DNA of 63,583 bases, filler included, from Welwitschia mirabilis (Eukaryota): assembly GCA_051453625.1 (NCBI GenBank). It is 7 parts of one record of this genome, joined end to end, with 100 filler letters (N's around TTAATTAATTAA, not from the genome) between each part and the next. Parts side by side here need not be neighbours in the genome. Positions count along the whole stretch, not along the records: positions 25,929 to 39,624 come from JBOZIK010000001.1; positions 39,725 to 48,485 come from JBOZIK010000001.1; positions 48,586 to 57,361 come from JBOZIK010000001.1; 4 more parts are not named here. One strand, written 5' to 3'. The translations under genes were made by a program, and so were the position numbers. Of this stretch, positions 39,301-51,450 are shown in pieces. The stretch's first letter is position 1. The number at the start of each line of letters is the position of its first letter. Under the pieces are notes generated by a model that was given only the letters and a program-made list of their open reading frames with translations, ran no database searches and had not been told where the DNA came from.

Positions 39301-42300
39301 TAATTGAATGTGATGATCTTCATAGAAAATGTGATAATAAACAAACCAAGCCAATAGAGCATCAGAAATCCTTTGCTCTTTAGTTGTACTATTGTAATTT
39401 CAACCTTAAATACTCTTTCTATAATTAAACTTGTATAATTAGTATACATTTCTCAAACATTTTCTGAGCCACGTTTCCCTTCTTCTTTTGAAACAGTTCA
39501 AAACAGAAAGAAGAAGAAAAATAGATGGAATTTTCCTATTCCTTATATACCTTAACTAGTATGTATTTGCAGCTTTTTCTAGTAATATATAATTAAATAG
39601 AGCATTTATATTATCCTTATGTACNNNNNNNNNNNNNNNNNNNNNNNNNNNNNNNNNNNNNNNNNNNNTTAATTAATTAANNNNNNNNNNNNNNNNNNNN
39701 NNNNNNNNNNNNNNNNNNNNNNNNCATTATTTAGAACATTCCCCACTCAGAATTTAAGCATAAGTATCTTTCCTCTTTGTTTTTTGTGTAGTATTCCTCT
39801 CTTAGTTTGAGGATTTCTCTCTATCTATTTGATAAGTATTACCTCATCTTAGGCTTCTTGGCAATGATGTAAAGCCAATTTCTTTGAAACATTAGTAAGA
39901 GACTTAAGATTGCAGTTTATGAGGCCCTTCACAAAGAAATCAATCTCTTCATTTGTATTTCTCTTTGGAATGTCCATCACATAGTATTTAATCACCATCT
40001 TTTCAAGCCTCCTATATATCATCTTTGGATGAACAATATAGTAGATAAATAGCTCTACAAAAATCAAACATAAGATAGATTTTTATCAAGTAAATAAAAG
40101 ATTTTTTTTCTTCCTATAAAGAACTACAGAGGATAGAGGCACAAATGCTAGCATAGATTTAGAACATACCTGTAATCTATGATTACCCCCAAGTATTTTC
40201 ATTATTATAATGTACTCATTTTCATTCAATTTTTTTAGTCTTTTAGTACTTGTAATAGTAGGAATACCTAACTTTACATTCACATTACTTCTACATCCCA
40301 CGCTAGTGCATCCCTCTATTGTGTAACTATTAATAAAGGGCTAATACTTTCATGGTTCATAAAACATTCTTACTATTGACCACACCTACACAGCATTACA
40401 ATCACATGCATTATATAATTCCCTCTCTTCGAAATTAATCTACTTTGAAAGCCATAGTAGGCACAAAGGAAAGTAACCAACAAATAATTCATTGAAAATA
40501 GAACTAAAATAGTGCATTATTCTAAAAACAAGAAAACCTAAAATGATTTTTAATTATACAATACAATGGCCTATGAAATCACCAAGCCCAATTGTCTCTG
40601 CAACTGAGGTAAAAAATCATAGCATTGAAGCAAGTTTCTTTTAAAAAACTTAAAAACCTTTGTGGTTTAAATGAACATGGAAAATTTAATCAACCAAATG
40701 AGGCCAAAATTAGAGTTGCATAAAACAAATTTAAGTCTTTTAAATAATCTCATAAAAATTGTTCATCAAAATTTCAAGCCCACAAATGAATTTGAAGAAA
40801 ATTAAATAAGAAATAAGAAAGGGAAGCACAAACTAGATGCAAAGGGGCTCTGANNNNNNNNNNNNNNNNNNNNNNNNNNNNNNNNNNNNNNNNNNNNNNN
40901 NNNNNNNNNNNNNNNNNNNNNNNNNNNNNNNNNNNNNNNNNNNNNNNNNNNNNNNNNNNNNNNNNNNNNNNNNNNNNNNNNNNNNNNNNNNNNNNNNNNN
41001 NNNNNNNNNNNNNNNNNNNNNNNNNNNNNNNNNNNNNNNNNNNNNNNNNNNNNNNNNNNNNNNNNNNNNNNNNNNNNNNNNNNNNNNNNNNNNNNNNNNN
41101 NNNNNNNNNNNNNNNNNNNNNNNNNNNNNNNNNNNNNNNNNNNNNNNNNNNNNNNNNNNNNNNNNNNNNNNNNNNNNNNNNNNNNNNNNNNNNNNNNNNN
41201 NNNNNNNNNNNNNNNNNNNNNNNNNNNNNNNNNNNNNNNNNNNNNNNNNNNNNNNNNNNNNNNNNNNNNNNNNNNNNNNNNNNNNNNNNAATTAATAACT
41301 TTAGTTATAGATCCCCATTTTTGCATAATCCATGAAGAGTTTAAAGTTAGAACAAGTTTAAATAAAGAGGTTATAATGACCTATTAAAATCCTTTATTTC
41401 ATATATTAAATAAAAATATAAGTTTAATAACTCAAAGGTAGCCCTAAAAAAAATTATGCAAGAACTAAATATATTCTTATGAACTTATTTATAGAGAGAT
41501 CATTGTGCAATTACTCTAAAGTTTCATAACCAAACAAATTCTATGTGAAACTATTATGCAAATTAACCATGATCCTTATAGAATTTTTGAGATGGCTTAA
41601 GAGCTTCTAATTTAGGATAAGTTACTTTGTAAATATGAAGAGTATCATAATATAATCCTTACAACAATATCTATTGAATGTCTATTTCAAGAACCATAAA
41701 AAAAAAAAAAAACCATATTAACCTAAATCTAAGAGGCAATTACTCTAAGAAATGCTATCTATAAAAGATTATAAATCAGTTCAAACCTCCATTTAGATGA
41801 TAAAAACCTTTAGAGTTCAAATAGAGAAAGGACAAGAAAACATTTATTTGAGATAGAATTCATTGCATAAATTCCTATGTAAGCCGTTAAACAGGAAATA
41901 CTTTAAGAAATAAAACTACAATTAGATAAAGTAAAATGACCTTAATCATAGGATGTGAAATGACTTATAATTCAATTTTAAGAGATGCACTCATGGCTAT
42001 AGAAAACGTCAAGAATCAGAGCACTTATAAAGGCTTAAAGGAGCTAGACATATAGGTGAATGAACAAGAATGATGGAATTTGCAATCTTTGATGTGTCAA
42101 CTTGTAATAACATCATCTTTTTGAATATGTTAATTTGAATGGTAGTTAAGGTAGAAAAAGAAAAGCAATAACATTTTTCATTATAAAGAAAATATCTCTT
42201 GCTAACTCAGGATTTAGATGTTCATAATGACAACATTATAGAGCTAGGAAAAAATCCATGAAAAGTTTTTCTTGTGAATGANNNNNNNNNNNNNNNNNNN

Positions 42301-43872
42301 NNNNNNNNNNNNNNNNNNNNNNNNNNNNNNNNNNNNNNNTAAGTATCAAACAGAATAAAATCTTTAAGATAAATAGATCATTGTTTTAAACAAAAGTAAA
42401 GAAGTAAGACCTAGTATAACTTTAGAAGTAGGGAAGGAGAAAAATAAAAACATATAAGAGTAAATAACCAAAGTTGTATGAGAAATGAGTAAATAAATAA
42501 ATGAAATAAGAAAATAAATGGGAGAGATAAAAGAGAGTTTAAAGGAAATACCTATAATAGAGCATGCCATAAAGCTATAGTAAGATGCTAGAAACACATG
42601 AGCCTTTTGNNNNNNNNNNNNNNNNNNNNNNNNNNNNNNNNNNNNNNNNNNNNNNNNNNNNNNNNNNNNNNNNNNNNNNNNNNNNNNNNNNNNNNNNNNN
42701 NNNNNNNNNGTTAGAATAAGATCAAATAAAGAGGCTGTAATGAACTATTAAAACCCTTTATTTCATATATTAAAGAAAAATATAAGTTTAATAACTCAAA
42801 GGTAGTCCTAATAACAATTACACATGAACTAAATATATTCTTATGAACTTATTGATAGAGAGATCATTGTCCAATTAATCTAAATTTTCATAACCAAACA
42901 AATTCTATGTGAAACTATTATCCAAATTAACCATGATTCTTAGAGAAGTTCTGAGTATGCCAAACCTCCACTTGATATAGTCCTACTTAAACTAATAATG
43001 TATTTTCTCAGCTTTTTCCTTCTTTTATTGCATCCTATTTATGTTGATTATTCTTTACTTTTTGTGTAAGCTTTACTATGATTTAATTTGTAAAGCTTTC
43101 TTTTGTCACTAGTAGATGATTATCACTACCTTTCCTTTTAGTTTCTCTCTATTTTTCTTTTTTCGCTTATCAAATGTAAGATATTTTGAGGATTTATAAT
43201 AGGGTTTTGATAACTGATTCTACTAAAAAACATTAGAAAATAATACCTAGATCTTTGTTAAATGCTTTCACAAGAGGATGTTATGGCTTTACTATATAAA
43301 AATAATACATAATATTCTAAACAAATTCTATTGATATATAGCTTGTAATATTTTAAAGTATTTAATTAAAGAAATACTTAAAGAATCCTTTGTTCATCAA
43401 TTTTGCAAAGCTTTCAATTTCTTTCTTGTATGATAATTCTCTTGAAAAGACATTACCTAGAAAATGCAAAGAATAACTTAGAGAGCCAATTCTCGGAGCA
43501 TATAATCATAACATGGAGGGCTAATTCTTAATGGATAGAGCTCATGTGGTGCATTTTGGTAAAAAACTTGTGTCTTGATCATTTTATATTTTGCAAGGAT
43601 GCATGACTTTTTTTGATAGTTTTGGACTCAGCTATTAAGGCATTTATTTTTTTAAACACCTTAAAAGCTCCACATCATGATTTTTTTCATAGTTTTAAAC
43701 TTAGCTATTAAGGAATTTGTTTCATTAAACACCTTAAAAGTGCCATATTTTTAAGGTGGGAATAGTGAGGGCTTTTAAGGAGCTTATTTTGAAAAAAAAA
43801 AATCCTTAAAAGGCACTATAATTAAGGCATTTATTTAAACAAATGCCTTAAACACCTATATTCCTAGAAGTG
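36332..43872. mobile_element. Complete, apparently non-autonomous CACTA DNA transposon with TIRs and 3-bp TSD (ATA)
   Basis: Left TIR CACTACAAGAAATATAGG at 36332; right end cctatattcctagaagtg ending at 43872 (15/18 match to its reverse complement). ATA at 36329-36331 and 43873-43875. Dense aaatgccttaaa/tttaaggcattt subterminal repeats at 36350-36800 and 43630-43855. Confidence 0.88.
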
Positions 43873-46049
43873 ATACCAATAGAAATGCTTGGATGGTTCC
43901 ATAAAAGAGATACCATTAGGAGACATTAGTTTTAGTATGATGGACCTAACCATCTTGAGTCTAATCTAGAAGGTAAATGTAGTCTAATATCATGTAATAA
44001 AAATAAACTTTCCTAATGATATGATTCTCTAGTATAATGCATCGATGAAGGATTAAGAGTATGAAATATATGAAGTTTAAGGATATGAAGGCTATGATTA
44101 GGTAATGGATTATGGAATAAGAGAGAATTCATATAAATGTTTACATATGAAGTATGAAATTATAGAGAATATCTATGAAAATAATCAAGTCTATGCATTT
44201 AATATCTAAATACATTCATCCTATAGCTAGCTTATGCTTTTTCAACAAATCTTTTAAGACATCATTTTGAGATGAACTGATTAGTTAGTAGATGAGATGG
44301 GATATTATCAAAATGGGTATGCATAGAATCATCAAAAAGTTCTTGTAACTCAAAGGATAAATGAAGGTTTAAATCTTGCTTTAGAGATAAATATGATGTG
44401 GAAATATTTTCCCATAAAAATGTTGAAAATAAGGAAAGAGTTATATGTATGATGTATCATGTAAGGGTTCTTCTTTGATGTTCTCCTCCTCAAAAGAGTT
44501 ACTAAAATGCTCCTCCATAGATATATGACTCTTCTTAATGTATAAAGTTACTCAAAAGGTTGTTGATATTCTAGTATATTCTCATCTTCAAGGTCCTTAT
44601 GGGTTTTAATATCATCTCTAAAGAGTGTGATTTGGGTTTTAGGAATGTATAAATCTCCTCTTCTTCTTTTTGGTTAATTATCTCAATTATTTCACTAGTA
44701 GTTTGATTTTATTATTACACATTTTAATTAAGTCTTTGTAAGGTGGAAGAGGTTTATTGATTAAAATGTTATTGTGTGGTGTTGAGGTAGTGTTAGAATT
44801 CCATAAATCTATTAAAGATGTTTTTCAAAGAGTTTGATAAGGAGTCCTAAGTTTTTAAAGATGAAAAATATTAGTTAAAAGTTAAAGGATGGACTGAAGG
44901 AGGTTCATGAAAAACATGAAGTATAAGAATTAGAAGATAAAGGAAATTTATGATATGATGAGGAGTAATGTTTAGAAGGTATAGTGGAAGACATATATTC
45001 AAACTCCTTATGATGAAAGCAAGGATGTTAGGATTTAAATCATGGAAGTAAGATGAAGGTAGAATGGTATAACTTCATGGATTTGCATAATAAGGTTGAG
45101 TAAATAAGGGAGGGAAATATAAGTATTAATACTAAATGTAATCATTTATAGTTCTATTAGGTTGAGAATTGAATGACAAATGAGGTTTATGATTTTGAAT
45201 AAAAGAGTAAGAATTATAGTTCATGTGGACTCTATTAATGCACATAGTGTGTCAAACATATTAAGATATCATAAACATAAGTTCACCAAAGTTTAAAATG
45301 TTTTAACACAAAAAACTATCAACACTAATGAGGAAATATAACAACACTAATAGGATGGCATAAAGATGATTTTAAAAAAATGATTATAAAGATCATGGAG
45401 AAACTAATAATTTGAGATTATAGTTGAGTTCAGTTGACTTATAAAAAATGACTAAATGTAGGTTTTGGAAAGGGCTAATGTGATAGTAAAAATACAATGC
45501 AGTGTAATGTAAAAAATAAAAATTATAGAATAAATTATGTAAGTACTAAAGAAATTCCCTGAGATTTTTGCTGATGCAGTCCTTCAAAAATTTATCTTCA
45601 AATGCTTACTAAGAAAGTACTTGAAATAAAAAAGGAAAGAGATGAGAGAAGAAATAGTAGAAAGCGAAGATGGATAGAAGAAAAAAATTGCTATTTTTCT
45701 TGATTTATTTTCATCAAATTTATAAAATACTAGCCCTACAATAAACTTAATATACTATTCTAGATAATATTTATCAAAAAAAGGATAAGAAATAGAAAAA
45801 GATAAAATAAAAGAGAAGAAAACCTACAAAAGAAAAAATAGAATAAAATGGCATTGGAATGGGGCCAGTGTAAACTAAAATAAAATAATGAAAAGAAAAT
45901 AAACAAAAATAAAACTAAAGGAAAAAACTAAAATGAAAAGTAAAAGAAACTAAAATGAGATGTGCTTACCCCACTATAGCTACCATACCATCTATTCCTA
46001 GCTATTCATGGTAAAATCTAGCTACAGTTGTGTCTATCATTAATGTATG

Positions 46050-47303
46050 GTAAAAAGCAAGATTACCCTTGGAATACAAATCTTGTGTGTCCAAACCTAG
46101 ATTTTACCAATACTACTAGTACTTTTGTTTATAGTATAACCCCATCATTCTTCTTGCATAGAGATAGATTATGAAGCTATCAATAAAGCAAACATAATAG
46201 TAATGAGTAGTAAAGAGTGGGATAATATAAGAGATCTAGAAATGGAACATAGCATTTAAACTAATATAATAACTTCAAGAAAAAATACAAGTACTTAAAG
46301 TAAAAAGACATAGCTTTGCTTTTAACTCAAGCATGATAATATAATCCATCATGATCATGAGTGCTTAATAATTCAAGCTTAAGCATAATGGCATAATATC
46401 ATCCCATAATAGATATGAGGATAATATAACCAATTCACCTATCCTTCATAGAAAAAATAAAACAATCATAGAAAGTAGAGAGCTATCAAGATCTGTCAAA
46501 CAAACAGTCAATTTAGGTAAGCTAGAATGAAAATGAGAATCAACAAATAATTATAAACTAAAATCATGTCTCAAGTAATACTCATTATAATAAATATGAC
46601 ACTCACAACTTGACATTAAAGTAATGTAATAAGAATATGTCACACTTTATTATGTAAAAATTAAAAGCATATAATCTAAAATTGTACTCATGGTAAACCA
46701 AAAAGCATCATGCTAGATTAATAGCTAGCCCATCCCTATGGGGGCTTAGAAAAAACTCATAATTATATCTCTAATTTGCTTCATAATGATTTGCTATCAA
46801 CTGATGTTCTTCATATGAGATGAGATAGGATATTTATAGGCCAAAATTAGGGCTTATAATTAGGGTATCAAAGGCCTAATGAGGTTATTCTAAAGGATGC
46901 CTAAAGTATGTAAAATTATTTTTTAGTCACAAGGACAAATTAAGGGAATTCTCTTTGTGAAATTTTTGGTACATAATTTGGAATGAACTATAAGATCAAT
47001 TAATGTAGCATCTAAAGATGATCTAGGAACATAAATATGAGATCCAAAATCCAAAAATAACTAGTGCTATCATGAACAGTAATCAGTGCCACTAGCGTTT
47101 TTGTCTAGTTCACACTCATTTTTTTATATATGATTTCTTATGCCACTGTAAACTTGAAAATGTTACATGTTAAAGCATAAAATTAGTTTTTCTAATTAAA
47201 AATGTACAAATAAGTAAACATAATTAAATCTAGGAAAAATAACTCAAATATGCTAAAGTAGTCTTAGTTACTTAAGATAAATATTACTTTTTATGTGTTA
47301 TCA
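46050..47303 (-). mobile_element. Athila-like LTR (minus strand; left boundary approximate)
   Basis: Minus strand starts TGATAACACATAAAA. ~900 bp are homologous to 33441-34292 (aaaagcatcatgct..atagctagcccat.cctatggg.ggctta). Confidence 0.65.
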
Positions 47304-47621
47304 TGCTTCTAGTGTGCCTTCTCATAGGGTGGANNNNNNNNNNNNNNNNNNNNNNNNNNNNNNNNNNNNNNNNNNNNNNNNNNNNNNNNNNNNNNNNNNN
47401 NNNNNNNNNNNNNNNNNNNNNNNNNNNNNNNNNGTTACATGTTAAATAATAAAATTAGTTTTTCTAATTAAAAATGCACAAATTAAGTAAACATAATTAA
47501 ATCTAGGAAAAAAAACTCAAATATGCTAAAGTAGTCTTGGTTACTTAAGATAAATATTACTTTTTATGTATTATCATGCTTCTAGTGTGCCTTATCATAG
47601 GTTGGAAATGAGATAAAAATG

Positions 47622-50600
47622 TGTTGCGATGCCAATATGTAGGAATTTGATGGTGTATTTAGAGNNNNNNNNNNNNNNNNNNNNNNNNNNNNNNNNNNNN
47701 NNNNNNNNNNNNNNNNNNNNNNNNNNNNNNNNNNNNNNNNNNNNNNNNNNNNNNNNNNNNNNNNNNNNNNNNNNNNNNNNNNNNNNNNNNNNNNNNNNNN
47801 NNNNNNNNNNNNNNNNNNNNNNNNNNNNNNNNNNNNNNNNNNNNNNNCTTGGACAACAACACATGATGGTAGGGCATCATCCCCTTGGTTATCTGGATGA
47901 CAATAAGGATGACGAATGTGAGGACAACCCATGTAGCTGACGATAGCACATGGGCACATAGTCCAAGATGTTATCCCTGTATCATGTGGATGATAGACAG
48001 GATAATAACCTTGATAACATGCACGGGTAACCCACGGAGCTAACAATATTACATAGGCACACAACCCAAGGCAAGAAAGTGGCATCATCCCTACTGTCAT
48101 ATGGATAATGGACAGGACGATAACTTTTTTTACACTGTGGCAGTAAATTGCATTATAACGAGTGTCAAACAGGCCATGTGGGTAACTAGGNNNNNNNNNN
48201 NNNNNNNNNNNNNNNNNNNNNNNNNNNNNNNCTATAAATACCCTTCCATCCTTCAATTCCAATCATCATTTGTACTTTATATGCTTGTAATGGAAGCTTG
48301 AAGGTAGGAGATCCATCCAATAGCTGAAGAAAGGGGTTTTCTTAGTGTTAAGCTGTGTCTCTTCCATTAAAGAGCTGTTATTTTATTATAAGTGGATGTA
48401 ATTTTCTTTTTATTAATACACATACTCTTTCATTCCAATTCTGTGAATGTCTCTTATGCTTTAAGTTGGTCATAGTTAAGTGACANNNNNNNNNNNNNNN
48501 NNNNNNNNNNNNNNNNNNNNNNNNNNNNNTTAATTAATTAANNNNNNNNNNNNNNNNNNNNNNNNNNNNNNNNNNNNNNNNNNNNTTGCTGTCAAATTTT
48601 TACAAGATTTTTTCTAATTTGTCCAAATAACTTATTTTATAAAACTGTCATCTTGATATGTCATCCTCACGACAGAGGGGACGATAGTCATTCTTTTTCC
48701 TTTGTGTAATCCAGGACATCTTGCTTTTCTTGGGGGGACAAGATAAGTCTTTGAGCTTTCTTCTGAAATATTACAATAAAAATCTATCATTTTTTAAGGA
48801 TTATTTTCATCTTTGATGATACATACTTATAATGCATTATTTGGACATGATAGCATATTACTTGAATACATTTTATGGAATTTATTTATCAGGAGTAGGT
48901 AGTACATTCACTGATTTTTCAAAGCTATATTTCTAATCATTTAAAGGAAAAAAGAATGTCATGATTACTCATGTACTTTGTCATTGTAGAAAACATTAAT
49001 GAGCTTTTTATACATTATTATTTGAGATTATTACTATTAAGCTTACATATCAATTTCAACATTATGTCTATGCATTATCATTTTTTAAAACTATCACTCT
49101 AACATGTTATGTGTATGACATCTATTTGAACTATTGTGATGAGTTTAAGTAGGAAGCTTATAACTACAATAGTAATGGTATTATGGCTTTTTGTCATTTA
49201 TTCTTGCATGATAAATGGAACTCAAATTCCATTTATTTAGTAGATGATTATCTTAGTTAAATTGTCTCATAATCTAGTTGATCGCCTACTTTGTCAGGAA
49301 CTGATAAGGCTAAGTAGGGGGCTATGTTATGATGCTAATTTGTAGGAATTTGATGGTGTATTTGAAGTACTTTTGTAGGATATTTATATAGGTTTAGATG
49401 AAATTCTACTGATTATGGAGAGATAAGAAGATAATCATAAAAACATATAATTCTTGGCATAATTGGAGACATTTCAGGCATGATCTAATACTTATCATAA
49501 TGAAGGAGGACTAAAGGTGAAGAAGACCAATTTATGCTACTTGAGGAGCTTNNNNNNNNNNNNNNNNNNNNNNNNNNNNNNNNNNNNNNNNNNNNNNNNN
49601 NNNNNNNNNNNNNNNNNNNNNNNNNNNNNNNNNNNNNNNNNNNNNNNNNNNNNNNNNNNNNNNNNNNNNNNNNNNNNNNNNNNNNNNNNNNNNNNNNNNN
49701 NNNNNNNNNNNNNNNNNNNNNNNNNNNNNNNNNNNNNNNNNNNNNNNNNNNNNNNNNNNNNNNNNNNNNNNNNNNNNNNNNNNNNNNNNNNNNNNNNNNN
49801 NNNNNNNNNNNNNNNNNNNNNNNNNNNNNNNNNNNNNNNNNNNNNNNNNNNNNNNNNNNNNNNNNNNNNNNNNNNNNNNNNNNNNNNNNNNNNNNNNNNN
49901 NNNNNNNNNNNNNNNNNNNNNNNNNNNNNNNNNNNNNNNNNNNNNNNNNNNNNNNNNNNNNNNNNNNNNNNNNNNNNNNNNNNNNNNNNNNNNNNNNNNN
50001 NNNNNNNNNNNNNNNNNNNNNNNNNNNNNNNNNNNNNNNNNNNNNNNNNNNNNNNNNNNNNNNNNNNNNNNNNNNNNNNNNNNNNNNNNNNNNNNNNNNN
50101 NNNNNNNNNNNNNNNNNNNNNNNNNNNNNNNNNNNNNNNNNNNNNNNNNNNNNNNNNNNNNNNNNNNNNNNNNNNNNNNNNNNNNNNNNNTTCATATTCC
50201 ATATTGCATATTCTACTTGGTAGATCTAATGGTTTATGTTAATTAAGAATTAGTAGATACTCTTCTTAATTGATGTAAATTATAGAAGATAGTCTTTGTG
50301 ATAGAAAGGCTAGATGCTAGTCCTTGTAATAGAAGGATTAGAAATCAAGTGAATTTATTTCATTTCCATTTCCATTTACTTGCATTTCATATTCATTCAT
50401 CTTGCATAGCATTTACTTTATTATTTACTTTTAGTTAGTAAAAGATAAAAGACCAAAAACTACCTTTGGAAAACAATTCTCTAACTCTGATCCTAGTGCC
50501 TTCATTGGGATTATGACATTCGGGTGAACTCCGGTCTATACTAGCGTGTTTCTTTTTGCAAGTTATATAATTTACAAGTTTACCTAAAGAGCTTCCAAAT

Positions 50601-50622
50601 TGCATAAATTCGCACTACAACA
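47622..50622 (+). mobile_element. Athila-like LTR retrotransposon with 5-bp TSD (AAATG); interior mostly lost in the scaffold gap
   Basis: 5' LTR starts TGTTGCGATGCC at 47622. 3' LTR spans 49325-50622 (TGTTATGATGCT...CACTACAACA), preceded by PPT-like aagtaggggg. AAATG at 47617-47621 and 50623-50627. TATA ctataaata at ~48232. Confidence 0.85.
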
Positions 50623-51450
50623 AAATGAAAACTTTAATGACATGAAGTGGGAAAAAAAAAAGGAAAAACAAGAATAAAAGCTCAACCATAAAACTTATGA
50701 ATAAAAGAGACTCTAATATAAGTTAATGACCTTGTTTATTTAAATTTTTATGCTTTTTAAATTCATTTAATGGATCTCAATTTCATCTAAATAAGGTGTT
50801 AACAAAGTAAACTTTACATAAATCTAAGAGTCATATAGAAAATCTTGAGTATAATAAGCAAACTAAAAAAATAAAATAAAATATCTCCAATTCCCATGTT
50901 AATTGTCTTTTTAAATTTTTATTCTATAATCATAAGTGCTTTTATTTTAAACATTTAATCTTGTTAAGTATTTAGCATTATGGCATTTTCTTCTAACATA
51001 AACAAGCATGTTGTGTATGCATAATTTAGTACTGCATTATCAATAAGCATATATAGCCCTAATGCACATGAATGTGCCATAAGTATATCATTAAATATGC
51101 ATTATGAACAAACCGTCGTAACCTCGATGTAGTTAAGTAAACCTAATAAAGCTAATAAAACATAAAAATATGCTAAAATATTTTGTTTTTTTTTCAATTC
51201 TATTTTTATTACTTTTCTTGACATGCACAAAGAAATAACCATTTGCTCATTAGTCTAATATTAGAGGGAAAAAAGATATTATCTTTATGAACACTTTAAA
51301 ATAAAAAGTACCATATCATAATAGAAATTTCACCTTCTTATTCATCAACTATTTTCAAATTGAAGATTATAAATAAATTCAAACCTTAATTGAATAATTG
51401 AAAATATGAATAAATTAATCTTTAAAGGCATAAATATTTATAATTTCAAC

